Counted from the first letter of the stretch, positions 19,319 through 28,823 are shown. The stretch is 64,000 nt of DNA from Oceanococcus sp. (GCA_041624435.1 JBFJVB010000002.1:2710-66709), one strand, 5' to 3'. The notes: generated by a model not told the origin, from the sequence alone. Made by a program: numbers and translations.

Positions 19319-20653
19319 CTAGGCTGCGGCGCGAGCAGCCAAGGCGGTCTGAAGCGCGGCATCCTCCTGACGCAGGGTATCTTCTGAAAAGCGCACCAGG
19401 AAGGCGCAGAACGCCGCCATGGTCACGGCGCAGCCGAGGTAGAACAGTCCCTGCTGATAGCTCAGTGATTCGGCCTTGAACAGAAAGCCAGCAGCGACCG
19501 CACCGGCATTGCCCCCGGCGCCGACGATGCCCGCGACCGAGCCCAGGGCCTTGCGGTTCATGAACGGCACCAGACCAAAAGTGGCCCCTTCTGCCATCTG
19601 GGTGAACAGACTGAACAGAATCATGCTGCCCACCGCCAGGACCAGCACGTTCATCTGGGAAAACAGCACCAGCGCCAGGCCTTCACAGAACAGCACGATA
19701 AACAGAAAACGTACCCGGCCCTGCAAACCCGAACGCTGGGCGAAACGGTCCGAAAAATACCCTCCCATGGTCCGGGCGAACAGATTCATCAGCCCGAACA
19801 AGCCGGCAATCATGCCCGCGGTTTTAAGATCCAGGGTGAACTTGTCGAAATAGTAGATTGCGGCGATGTTGTTGATGGTCAGTTCGACCCCGAAACAGGC
19901 GGCATAGACCACGAACAGGGCCCAGACCCGATAATCCTTGGCCGCAGCCAGAAAGGTGCTGCTGGCCGAATGCTCACGTTTGGCCTCGGGCAATTCGCCT
20001 CGCGCACGCAGATCCTGGTAGTTGCCCTCAGGTGCATCCTGGGTCAGGAACCAGTAACCCAGGCCGACCAGAAATAACACCACGCCCGGAACCACCATGG
20101 CCAGTCGCCAGCCGAGTGATTCGCTGATCCCGAACATCATCATCGCGGCGAAGATCAACGGCATCACCATCTGCGTCACACCACCGCCCAGATTGCCCCA
20201 TCCTGCGGTTGTGGCGTTGGCCGTGCCCACGACATTGGGCGCAAACATCACCGAGGTATGGTACTGGGTGACCACAAAAGACGCGCCGATGGCGCCGATG
20301 GCCAGACGGAACAGCAGGAATGATTCGTAACTATCCGCAAAACCGATGCACATGACCGGTAAGGAACCCAGCAGCAGCAGCGCCGTATAGGTTTTGCGGG
20401 GGCCAAACTTGTCGCACAGGGGGCCGATCAGCAGTCGCACCAGTACGGTGATGGCGACAGAAGCAATGATGGTATTGCCGATTTGCGCCTTGGTGAGCAG
20501 CAAATCCTCGCGCACGACCGCCATCAAGGGCGCAATCCCGAACCAGCCAAAGAAACACATAAAAAAGGCCAGCCAGGTCATGTGGAAGGCGCGCATCTGG
20601 ACCGATTTGAAATCAAACAATCTGATGCGGGTGGCTTTGTTGGCAACGTCCAT
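19319..20653 (-). CDS. NarK/NRT2-family nitrate/nitrite MFS transporter
   Basis: MRAFHMTW, ANATTAGWGNLGGG nitrate signature, FGVELT, GIVGAGGN; about 12 TM; start trimmed to 20653. Confidence 0.9.
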   Translation of the reverse strand: MDVANKATRIRLFDFKSVQMRAFHMTWLAFFMCFFGWFGIAPLMAVVREDLLLTKAQIGNTIIASVAITVLVRLLIGPLCDKFGPRKTYTALLLLGSLPVMCIGFADSYESFLLFRLAIGAIGASFVVTQYHTSVMFAPNVVGTANATTAGWGNLGGGVTQMVMPLIFAAMMMFGISESLGWRLAMVVPGVVLFLVGLGYWFLTQDAPEGNYQDLRARGELPEAKREHSASSTFLAAAKDYRVWALFVVYAACFGVELTINNIAAIYYFDKFTLDLKTAGMIAGLFGLMNLFARTMGGYFSDRFAQRSGLQGRVRFLFIVLFCEGLALVLFSQMNVLVLAVGSMILFSLFTQMAEGATFGLVPFMNRKALGSVAGIVGAGGNAGAVAAGFLFKAESLSYQQGLFYLGCAVTMAAFCAFLVRFSEDTLRQEDAALQTALAARAAA

Positions 20654-20740
20654 ACCGATTCTCCGGATACTTGGGTGAAATTGGAAACAATCCACGCAAT
20701 GAGCCTGAGGCCAGGCACGCCGCGCGTTTCACGACCAAAA

Positions 20741-20757
20741 AGCAATCCGTATGCCAA
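20741..20757 (-). promoter_or_regulatory. Sigma54 promoter of the nitrate transporter
   Basis: Minus strand TTGGCATACGGATTGCT, canonical GG-N10-GC. Confidence 0.8.
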
Positions 20758-20773
20758 CTTTTAAAGTGTTTTA

Positions 20774-20786
20774 AATCAGTGTCTTA
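20774..20786 (+). promoter_or_regulatory. Putative IHF site between the sigma54 promoter and enhancer
   Basis: AATCAGTGTCTTA matches WATCARNNNNTTR. Confidence 0.55.
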
Positions 20787-20888
20787 GGTTTTTACACACC
20801 CTTCAATCGCCCACTTGCAGCGCTTTCATATTGCACCGCACCAGAACTGGGCGGGCGCCGCCAGCGGCCGCCCGCCCCATCCCGGAAC

Positions 20889-21371
20889 TTACAGCCGGAC
20901 CAGAATGCTTTCGGCGGAAGACACCGTGATCCCGCCCGCAGGCTCGACCGCCAGATGGCTGAGCTTGCCGTCCTCGACAATCAGCGCAAAACGCTGACTG
21001 CGGGTTCCCATGCCCCATTGGCGAGCGTCCATGGTCAATCCCAGCGCCGCGGAAAAGTCGGCATTGCCGTCAGCCACCATGGTCAGCGCCTGAGCATTCT
21101 GGGCCTTGCCCCAGGCGTGCATGACAAAGGCATCATTGACCGACAGACAGATGATGCGACTGACGCCGCGGGCCAGAATCTTGTCTGCATTGACGACAAA
21201 ACCGGGCAGATGGGTATTTGAACACCCGGGGGTAAACGCACCCGGCACCGCAAACAGCACGACCTTTTCACCGGCGGGAAACAAGGCGCTGGTCTGAATC
21301 GGCTTGGGCCCCTGATCGCCCATGATCTGCACGGTCACATCGGGCATGGTCTCACCGGGTGCAATGCTCAT
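20889..21371 (-). CDS. Peroxiredoxin, Prx5 subfamily
   Basis: VPGAFTPGCSNTHLPG, SVNDAFVM, RSQRFAL; ATGA overlap with the upstream gene. Confidence 0.92.
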   Translation of the reverse strand: MSIAPGETMPDVTVQIMGDQGPKPIQTSALFPAGEKVVLFAVPGAFTPGCSNTHLPGFVVNADKILARGVSRIICLSVNDAFVMHAWGKAQNAQALTMVADGNADFSAALGLTMDARQWGMGTRSQRFALIVEDGKLSHLAVEPAGGITVSSAESILVRL

Positions 21372-21832
21372 GCGCGCTCTCCCGGCTGTTGCTGGCCCCA
21401 CTGGCCGAGCAGGTTCTGCACCAGCGGCTCCATGCGCGTCAATCCGGCCGCCCGACCCAACTGCAAGGCCTCATCGGCACTACTGCCTTGCAGAAACGCG
21501 CCCAAAGCCAGCAAGGCCCCGACCCGGTTGCTGCTGGCACAATGAACCAGCACCTTCTGACCTGCATGCGCCTGCATCCACGCGTTCAAAGTGCGGGCAT
21601 TGTCCTGGCTCAGGTCCGCCGGTCCGGCCACCGGAATCTGCAGGTAATCGACGCCCAGGGAAGCGAGCAAAGCGGCCTCATCCCACTCCATTTCCGCGGC
21701 CGGACGCAGATTGACCACGCCGTGCACACCACTGGCCACGGCCGCACGAAAACCGGCCTCATCGGGTTGCCCGGCGCAAAGCAAATCGGGACGGGGTTGA
21801 AACAGGAAAGGGATATCTAGTTCGCTGGACAT
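21368..21832 (-). CDS. DUF442-like (PTP-fold) sulfurtransferase/phosphatase-like protein
   Basis: GQP, VVNLR..E, HCASSNR (CX4R loop). Confidence 0.75.
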   Translation of the reverse strand: MSSELDIPFLFQPRPDLLCAGQPDEAGFRAAVASGVHGVVNLRPAAEMEWDEAALLASLGVDYLQIPVAGPADLSQDNARTLNAWMQAHAGQKVLVHCASSNRVGALLALGAFLQGSSADEALQLGRAAGLTRMEPLVQNLLGQWGQQQPGERA

Positions 21833-21853
21833 GACATTCTCGACTTCAGGATG

Positions 21854-22975
21854 TTAGTGGGCGGGTTCATCAGGCTCCGTGACCAGACCCACTTCGGGCA
21901 ATTGTTGATACCAGGCGACTCCGGCCTGATCAACGGATTTGGCAATCATACGCCGGCCGATCAAACAGTTCAGATGGGCCAGAGTTTCCCCAACCGCCAG
22001 CATGACATGCGGACCACGGATGCTGCGTTTGAACAGCACCGAAAAGCAATCCAGCGCCCGCCGGGGTTGGCGCAGGTGGTCAAACAGGCGCTCCAGGCTG
22101 CGATCATGGGAGCGCAGCAATTGAGTCAGGCGCGCGTGCAGGCCGAAAAAGGGTTCCTGATGCGCTGGCAGGACCAGCACGTCATTGGGGATCTGGGCCC
22201 GAATCTTGTGGCAGGAGGCCAGCCATTCGGACAAGGGGTCACTGTCCGGCTCGGTGGGAAACAAGCTGACATTGGAGGAAATTCGGGGAATCACCTGATC
22301 GCCGGAGATCAGCAGCTTGAGCGCCGGACAATACAGGCACACATGCTCGGGCGAATGGCCGGTACCGATGACGACCTGCCAGTAACGCTCGTTGATCGCG
22401 ATGGTCTGGCCGTCGGCCAGACGCTTGAACTGCCCTGGCAGGGGGGTGATATAGCGACCAAAATCCCCGAAGCGCGATTGATACAGCGCCAGTGCATCGG
22501 CATCAAAGCCCGCTTCGCGGTAGAAATCGATCGCCAGCTGAGGCGCCGGACGACCGGTATCGGCAACCAGATTGCGGCACATCAGGAATTCCGTGCGCGA
22601 CATCCACAATTCGCAAGCGAAGCGCTCCACCAGCCAGCCTGCCAGGCCCACATGATCCGGGTGCATGTGGGTCACGATCACGCGCTTGATCGGCAGTCCG
22701 CGCATGTGCGTGGCAAACAGATCCTCCCAGACCTGCTGCGCCTGTGGCATACCCATACCGGTATCCACGACGGTCCAGCCATCGGCGTCTTCGAGCAGCC
22801 ACAAATTGATCCGTTTGAGCGAGAACGGCAAGGGCATATGCACCCACCAGACGCCGTCGGCAACTTCCTGTACGCCGCCCAGTTCAGGCGCCACCCCGCT
22901 GCCCCAGGGATAGGTCAGGCCCTTGATGGTCTGCGAACGCTCAGACCCGACCGACTTTGAGTATGAATTTTGCAT
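21854..22975 (-). CDS. MBL-fold metallo-hydrolase
   Basis: VDTG, THMHPDH, GHSPEH, SGD, PAH motifs. Confidence 0.88.
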   Translation of the reverse strand: MQNSYSKSVGSERSQTIKGLTYPWGSGVAPELGGVQEVADGVWWVHMPLPFSLKRINLWLLEDADGWTVVDTGMGMPQAQQVWEDLFATHMRGLPIKRVIVTHMHPDHVGLAGWLVERFACELWMSRTEFLMCRNLVADTGRPAPQLAIDFYREAGFDADALALYQSRFGDFGRYITPLPGQFKRLADGQTIAINERYWQVVIGTGHSPEHVCLYCPALKLLISGDQVIPRISSNVSLFPTEPDSDPLSEWLASCHKIRAQIPNDVLVLPAHQEPFFGLHARLTQLLRSHDRSLERLFDHLRQPRRALDCFSVLFKRSIRGPHVMLAVGETLAHLNCLIGRRMIAKSVDQAGVAWYQQLPEVGLVTEPDEPAH

Positions 22976-23036
22976 GAACGCAAGGTAACTGAGCCCTGAC
23001 GTATTTCCAAGACATCGGCGGGATTCAAGCTCCCGC

Positions 23037-23063
23037 TAAAGCTGGGACCTGAGCTGCCGACAA
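23037..23063 (+). promoter_or_regulatory. Sigma28 (FliA) promoter of the stator operon
   Basis: TAAA-N15-GCCGACAA, near-consensus, upstream of pomA. Confidence 0.8.
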
Positions 23064-23107
23064 CCGAGTAAACGACCTATGCCCCCACAGTCCGGACCAG
23101 ATTGAGT

Positions 23108-23905
23108 ATGGATCTCGCAACCCTAGTCGGCCTGATCGTCGGCACCGCGTTCGTGATAATGGCCATCCTGCTGGGCGGCAGCGGCCCCGGGCCGTTTATC
23201 AATGCGCCCAGTATTCTGATCGTCATCGGCGGCTCGTTTGCGGCCACCCTGATGCGCTTCCCTCTCAAGGAGTGCTTTCGCGCCCTGGGCACCGGCTTCG
23301 GCCGCGCCTTCAAGGAAGGCGTCGACGATCCGCTGGCCTTGATCGAGACCGCCAAGGAACTGGCTGATATCGCACGCAAGAAGGGCCTGATCGCCCTGGA
23401 ACAGGTGGAGGTCGCCAATCCGCTGATGGCCAAAGGCGTGCAGTATTGTGCCGATGGCCGCGACGCCGATTTCATCCGCGAAATGATGAGCAAGGAAATC
23501 AATGCTTCCATCTCCCGCAACATGATGGGGGAAAAGATTTTCCGCTCCCTGGGCGACGCCGCCCCGGCCTTCGGCATGATCGGCACCCTGGTCGGGCTGG
23601 TGCAGATGCTGATGGAGCTGTCCGACCCCAGCGCGATCGGACCGTCCATGGCGGTCGCCCTGCTGACCACTTTGTACGGGGCGCTGCTGGCCAACCTGCT
23701 GTTCCTGCCACTGGCCGACAAGCTCGACACCCGGGCCCAGCAGGAGCTGGGCAGCCGACAGCTGATTCTGGACAGCATTCTGGGCATCAATTCCGGGGCC
23801 TCTCCACGGGCCCTGGAGGAGACCCTGCTCGTCGGCCTGCCCGATGGACTCGGCAAGAACGCCGGCGCCCAGGCCGATGCCGCCGGCGCGCCCGAACCGG
23901 CATGA
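23108..23905 (+). CDS. pomA: Flagellar stator protein A (PomA/MotA)
   Basis: MDLATLVG, RKKGLIALE, APAFGMIGTLVGL, GPSMAVALLTTLYG. Confidence 0.85.
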   Translation: MDLATLVGLIVGTAFVIMAILLGGSGPGPFINAPSILIVIGGSFAATLMRFPLKECFRALGTGFGRAFKEGVDDPLALIETAKELADIARKKGLIALEQVEVANPLMAKGVQYCADGRDADFIREMMSKEINASISRNMMGEKIFRSLGDAAPAFGMIGTLVGLVQMLMELSDPSAIGPSMAVALLTTLYGALLANLLFLPLADKLDTRAQQELGSRQLILDSILGINSGASPRALEETLLVGLPDGLGKNAGAQADAAGAPEPA

Positions 23906-24702
23906 GCGACCCCGCAGCCGGCGGCTCCAAAAACGCGCCACTGCCAGCCTGGATGGCGACATTCGCCGACATGATGGCCTTGATGATGACCTTTTTCGTC
24001 CTGCTATTCGCCACCTCGAGCGTGGAGAAGCACAAGTTTGAACAGATTGCCGGCTCCTTGGCCGAAGCCTTTGGCGGCATCCAGTTCATCAAGAGCAACA
24101 GCAAGGACGCGGTCAAGGGCATGGAGGCGGGCATCGTCTCCAAAGAAGGCAGCACGCCGATCAAATTTGATGAGCAGTCGGCCCGCGTGCTCCAGCAGCA
24201 GGTTCAGCAAGCCCAGACCCAGGCCTTGATGGACGAGCTGGCGGCCGAGCTGGCACCCGAGCTACAGAGCCAGAGCGTGGTCCTGGAACGCGATGGCGAC
24301 GATGTGGTGATCCGTTTTCCGGAACATGTCTCGTTTGCCTCCGGCAGCGCGACCCTGGTCGCCGGCGCTGCGCCGCTGGTCGAGCGAATCGTCGAACTGG
24401 TCAAGCCGCAGCAGATGGTTGTCGTCGCCGGCCACACGGACGACCGGCCCCTGGTGGGTGGCGCCTACCATTCGAACTGGGAACTGTCCGCCGCACGCGC
24501 GGCCTCGGTTGCCGACAGCATCCTGAAATTTGGCCGCATCGACCCCAAGCTGATGACGGTGGCCGGCTATGCCGACACCCGCCCCATCGCCCCCAACGAC
24601 AGTGCCGCCAATCGCGCCAAGAACCGTCGGGTCGAAATCATTCTGAAAAGCCCGGAGCCGTATCCCGGCGAGGATCAGACCACCACCATCAGTGTGGAGT
24701 AA
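23902..24702 (+). CDS. pomB: Flagellar stator protein B (PomB/MotB)
   Basis: WMATFADMMALMMTFFVLL TM with conserved Asp; OmpA-like domain GHTD, NWELSAARA, NRRVEI; ATGA overlap. Confidence 0.85.
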   Translation: MSDPAAGGSKNAPLPAWMATFADMMALMMTFFVLLFATSSVEKHKFEQIAGSLAEAFGGIQFIKSNSKDAVKGMEAGIVSKEGSTPIKFDEQSARVLQQQVQQAQTQALMDELAAELAPELQSQSVVLERDGDDVVIRFPEHVSFASGSATLVAGAAPLVERIVELVKPQQMVVVAGHTDDRPLVGGAYHSNWELSAARAASVADSILKFGRIDPKLMTVAGYADTRPIAPNDSAANRAKNRRVEIILKSPEPYPGEDQTTTISVE

Positions 24703-24711
24703 GGCGTCGAC

Positions 24712-25560
24712 TCAGGGAGTTGTGAAGTACTCCGGCCTGCCCGCCGTCCACAGCTCACCCCACAGCTTGCCGCCCCCATCAACGGTCAGCACTTCGCCGG
24801 TGATGAAACTGCCCGAAGGGGCGGACAGGTACACGCAGGCCTCGGCCATTTCCATGGCGGTACCCGGCCGATGCATCGGATTGGCCAGCGGGAATTCCTT
24901 GACCGCTTCGGGCGGATACACATCGAGCCCCTTGGTCGCGGTCAGGCCGGGCGCCACGCAATTGACCCGGATGTTCAACGGCGCCCACTCCACCGCCACG
25001 GTCCGGGCGGCTCCGACCACCCCGGCACGGGACGCTGCGGTGTGGGCCACGCCGGGCATCCCGCGTTCGATCACGACCACGATATTGACGATGGATCCGG
25101 GCTGCTCATGATCGCGCCAGTACCGCGCCGCGCGCTGCATCATGAACCAGGTGCCATTCAAATTGTTATTGATGACCGCGCTCCAGCCCTTGTCGGAAAA
25201 GTCGATGGCCTCCTGGGGAAACTGTCCGCCGGCATTGTTGACCAGATAATCCAGGCGTCCACACCGCTCGTGCACCTGAGCGAACAGCGCATCAACCTGC
25301 TCAGGCTCGCGCACATTGGCCGCTACCGGCAGAATGTTCGCGCCCTGGTCCTGGGCAAACTGGGCGACCACATCAAGCTTCGCCTGGGTCCGGCCGCAGA
25401 TCACCACCGTGGCGCCCAGCCGGGCAAACAGCAGGGCGGTCGCCGCCCCGATACCGCTGCCCCCGCCGGAGACCAGCGCGACCCGGCCGTCGAACAAGTC
25501 GGGCCGGTACACGCTGGGGGCCTGCCAATAATCTTCAAGCCAAGTGTTAGTCTCGGACAT
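24712..25560 (-). CDS. SDR oxidoreductase (AtuB / enoyl-CoA reductase-like)
   Basis: SGGGSGIG, NNAGGQF, HTAASRAG, VDGG; start trimmed to 25560. Confidence 0.85.
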   Translation of the reverse strand: MSETNTWLEDYWQAPSVYRPDLFDGRVALVSGGGSGIGAATALLFARLGATVVICGRTQAKLDVVAQFAQDQGANILPVAANVREPEQVDALFAQVHERCGRLDYLVNNAGGQFPQEAIDFSDKGWSAVINNNLNGTWFMMQRAARYWRDHEQPGSIVNIVVVIERGMPGVAHTAASRAGVVGAARTVAVEWAPLNIRVNCVAPGLTATKGLDVYPPEAVKEFPLANPMHRPGTAMEMAEACVYLSAPSGSFITGEVLTVDGGGKLWGELWTAGRPEYFTTP

Positions 25561-25702
25561 CGTCTGTCTCAATCTCGCTATGCATGGATGAACCCGGCCT
25601 GAAACTGGCCGGGCCAGACACAGGCCGCCAGGCAGGTCTGCCGCCAGGGCCGCCTGCAAGCTCACGCGCCTGGTCAAACCTCAGGCGAAGCTCAGCCGCG
25701 CC

Positions 25703-26902
25703 TCATTTGCCCAAAAGATCATCGGAAATGATCATCTTGCGCACTTCGGTGGTCCCGGCGCCGATCTCCAGCAACTTGATCGAGCGATACAGGCGGTTGA
25801 TTTCCGATTCCCAGATGTATCCGTAGCCACCGTGGATCTGGACGGCATCGTTCAGGACCTTGTTCAGGGTTTCGGCGACATACATGACGCCCGCGGCCGT
25901 GATCTTGTGGATATCGCCCCGTCCGCCGTCTTCCTCGCCGATGACGCTGGCGGCGCGCAGGGTCTGGTAGGTGAACAGGCGCATCGATTCAACCCACACA
26001 TACATATCGGCAATCTTGGTCCGAATCATCTGGAAGTTGGCGATGCGCTGGCCGAACTGCTCGCGCTGGCAGGCATATTCGATGGAGAGCTGCAGAGCCC
26101 GCTCGGCGATGCCCAGGCAGATCGGCGAAATCATCGAGCGCTCCAGATCCAGGCCGCTCATCACCACCTTGACCCCACGGTTCTCTTCGCCGATCAGGTT
26201 TTCGGCCGGCACCCGGCAATTATCAAACACCAGTTCGCCGGTCTGACTGCCGCGGAACCCCATCTTGATCAGCTTTTGCGCCACCGTGAAGCCCGGCATG
26301 TCCTTTTCCACGATAAACGCCGAGATGCCCTGAGCCCCCTTGCTGGTATCCGTCTTGGCATAGACCAGCAACACATCGGCCACCGGGCCGTTGGTGATGA
26401 AAATCTTGCGGCCGTTGAGGATGTAATCGTTGCCCTCGCGCCGCGCGGTGGTGCGCATGGCGCCCAGTGCGTCTGACCCCGCCCCCGGCTCGGTCAGACC
26501 CAGAGCACCGATCAGAGTGCCCTTGACCAGACCCGGCACATATTTCTGCTTCTGCGCTTCATTGGCGTTACGCAGGATGTTGTGCAGGCACAGGTTTTCG
26601 TGTGCCACCCAGGACAAGGCCAGGGCATAGTTCCAGCGCGACATGGCCTGCAGCACCAGGCCGCTGGCCATGATGTCCATGTCCGCGCCGCCGAACTCCG
26701 CTGGCGCAGTCACGCCGAAGTAACCGTTCTCGCCGATGCTGGGAAACGCCTGTTCCGGCCACCACTCCTCGTCATCCATCCGCGGGGCCAGCGGATACAA
26801 CTCCTTTTCCGCGAATCGATTGGCCTGATACAGAATCTCGGCTTCATCATCAGACAGCCCGGTAAAGGCCTGCATCACACTCATGCTCTTGTTAATCATC
26901 AT
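25703..26902 (-). CDS. Acyl-CoA dehydrogenase (isovaleryl-CoA dehydrogenase-like)
   Basis: LTEPGAGSD, GLDLER, QIHGGYGY, EIGAGTTEVR. Confidence 0.9.
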   Translation of the reverse strand: MMINKSMSVMQAFTGLSDDEAEILYQANRFAEKELYPLAPRMDDEEWWPEQAFPSIGENGYFGVTAPAEFGGADMDIMASGLVLQAMSRWNYALALSWVAHENLCLHNILRNANEAQKQKYVPGLVKGTLIGALGLTEPGAGSDALGAMRTTARREGNDYILNGRKIFITNGPVADVLLVYAKTDTSKGAQGISAFIVEKDMPGFTVAQKLIKMGFRGSQTGELVFDNCRVPAENLIGEENRGVKVVMSGLDLERSMISPICLGIAERALQLSIEYACQREQFGQRIANFQMIRTKIADMYVWVESMRLFTYQTLRAASVIGEEDGGRGDIHKITAAGVMYVAETLNKVLNDAVQIHGGYGYIWESEINRLYRSIKLLEIGAGTTEVRKMIISDDLLGK

Positions 26903-26939
26903 TTCTCACTGGTTACCAGGCCGCGACCCACGCCGCGGT

Positions 26940-27956
26940 CTATTCTGAAATTTCGTCCACCAGACCCCAGGCCAGGGCCAAAGGCGCGCGAACGCGTTTC
27001 CCACTCAGGCCCATCCAGGCCAGACGCTGTCGACCGATACGGCGCGCAATGCTGATGCAACCACCGGCGCCGGGGATCAGGCCCATGCTCACCTCAGGGA
27101 GCGCAAACCAGGCTTTCGGGTGGGCCACGACCCGGCCGGCGAAAGCGGGAAATTCGATTCCGGAGCCCACACAGGCTCCATGCACATGGGCGTGCACCCG
27201 ATCCGCCACATAGTTCAAGAATTTCCCAGGCACCGACAGCATGCGAATGATATGCCCGCTGGCGGCATCCGGGACCTGGCCAAATTCCGCCAGATCACCG
27301 CCTGTACTGAAACTGCGCCCGCGGCCGAACAGATGCACCTCCTCGATCAACTCATCCAGCATGATCAGTCGCAGCGCATCCACCAGGGCATCGCGCATTT
27401 CGACCGACATCGCATTCAGATTGGAGGGGCGATTCAGGGTCAGATGCAGGTTGCGGCCAACCCGTTCATGCAGCACCGCAGGTCCCTGGTCCGGCAGCAC
27501 CGCAGGCTCAGCCACCCGATTCTTCTCCAGCCATCGGGCGTACTCCGCGCCACCCTGCAAACTGGCGTACACGCTCGACTCCACCGACAGACCGGCCGCC
27601 ACGGACAGGCCTTCGGTGACCCGCAACAATTCGACGAAGCTGGTTGCCGCCACCGGATTGGCCGCGATCCGCTGCAACAACAATTCGCCGTCAGCAAGGC
27701 TGTCCACGACCACGTCGCAGGCCTGAGCACACAGCGAGGCCACCGGCTCACGGCATTGATTCAAATCCGGGTTGCGCAGCCCGATGACCGGGCACACCAG
27801 AGTAGGCAGCCAGCGGGCCAGCGCCTGTGCCTCGGCCTCGCCGGGAACGCTGGCCAGATCCAGCAACACGGCCGATTCATCACCGTAGGGAGAGAACTCG
27901 ACCGGCGCCGGCCCGGTCAGCACCCAGGGCCGCAACTGTTCGGCACGATAAATCAA
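26940..27956 (-). CDS. Enoyl-CoA hydratase/isomerase family protein with N-terminal extension
   Basis: C-terminal crotonase motifs LNRP..NA, FSTGGDL, GSGIE, LPEVSMGLIPG; TTG start overlaps the upstream stop. Confidence 0.8.
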   Translation of the reverse strand: MIYRAEQLRPWVLTGPAPVEFSPYGDESAVLLDLASVPGEAEAQALARWLPTLVCPVIGLRNPDLNQCREPVASLCAQACDVVVDSLADGELLLQRIAANPVAATSFVELLRVTEGLSVAAGLSVESSVYASLQGGAEYARWLEKNRVAEPAVLPDQGPAVLHERVGRNLHLTLNRPSNLNAMSVEMRDALVDALRLIMLDELIEEVHLFGRGRSFSTGGDLAEFGQVPDAASGHIIRMLSVPGKFLNYVADRVHAHVHGACVGSGIEFPAFAGRVVAHPKAWFALPEVSMGLIPGAGGCISIARRIGRQRLAWMGLSGKRVRAPLALAWGLVDEISE

Positions 27957-28657
27957 CTCAGACCCCGCACCGGAATGCAGGCGCCATGAATCGCAGCGGA
28001 TGCCGGCGAAGTCAGGAACGCAATCACACGAGCCAGGGCCTGCGGGCTCACCCAGCGGCTGGCATCGGCCGCAGGCATCGCCGCCCGATTCTGCGGCGTG
28101 TCAATCACCCCCGGCGCCACGCAATTCACCTGAATGCCCTGCGACTTCAGTTCTTCAGACAAGGTCTGGGTCAAGCGCTCCACAGCCGCTTTGGCGGCGA
28201 TATAGGCGCCCATGGCGGGCACACCATGAGCCGCGGCCGCGGCGCCGATATTCACGATCTGGCCGCGGCCCGCTTCAAGCATGTGCGGGACCACCGCCTG
28301 CAGTGCATGAATCATGGTCTGATTGTTCAACACGTACATCCGCTCCCAAGTTTCGGCCGCCGTTGCATGAACCGGGCTGCCCATGGCAAAACCTCCCACC
28401 AGATTGATCAGGCTGTCGATCCGATCGTAACGCTGCCTGAGCATCGCGGCCAAGCGCTCCACGGCAGCCGCATCACGCAAATCGCAGGCCACCGGCACGA
28501 TCTGCGCATCGTCATACAGGGCCTCCAGACGCGCCTGGTCTGATCCCAGCGCCACCACCGTATCGCCGCGGGCCCGCAACTCGGCGACAACGGCCTGGCC
28601 CAGATTGCCACTTGCGCCGGTCACCATCGCCAAGCGTTGATCTGTCTTCATCTGCAT
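27953..28657 (-). CDS. SDR oxidoreductase
   Basis: TGASGNLG, YIAAK, PGVIDTP; GGAGGAG RBS before ATG 28657. Confidence 0.87.
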   Translation of the reverse strand: MQMKTDQRLAMVTGASGNLGQAVVAELRARGDTVVALGSDQARLEALYDDAQIVPVACDLRDAAAVERLAAMLRQRYDRIDSLINLVGGFAMGSPVHATAAETWERMYVLNNQTMIHALQAVVPHMLEAGRGQIVNIGAAAAAHGVPAMGAYIAAKAAVERLTQTLSEELKSQGIQVNCVAPGVIDTPQNRAAMPAADASRWVSPQALARVIAFLTSPASAAIHGACIPVRGLS

Positions 28658-28711
28658 CTTCGACTCCTCCCAAGCTAACAAAGGCGTATAGCACAGCCCT
28701 CACACAGATGG

Positions 28712-28814
28712 ATGAGGATGCCTCATTAATTTGCGCTACAGTTCTGTTTGCCTTGGCCAGAATCGCGCATTTTGCATTATCAATGCAATTTTGCTAACAA
28801 TGAGGCTGACTCAC
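28712..28814. promoter_or_regulatory. Operator-like palindromes in the divergent promoter of the atu-like cluster
   Basis: ATGAGG-ATG-CCTCAT (28712-28726), ATGAG-GCTGA-CTCAC (28800-28814) and TTGCATT-ATC-AATGCAA (28772-28788). Confidence 0.65.
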
Positions 28815-28823
28815 GAATAAAGG

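Noticed and set aside
23108-24702. MotA/MotB pair as a Zorya anti-phage system
   Set aside because: The A subunit has normal length with no long ZorA tail, there are no zorC/D/E genes, and a sigma28 promoter points to a flagellar role
28753-28770. Possible sigma54 promoter TTGGCCAGAATCGCGCA
   Set aside because: GG-N10-GC spacing holds but both flanking consensus elements are poor and no enhancer-binding protein context is evident
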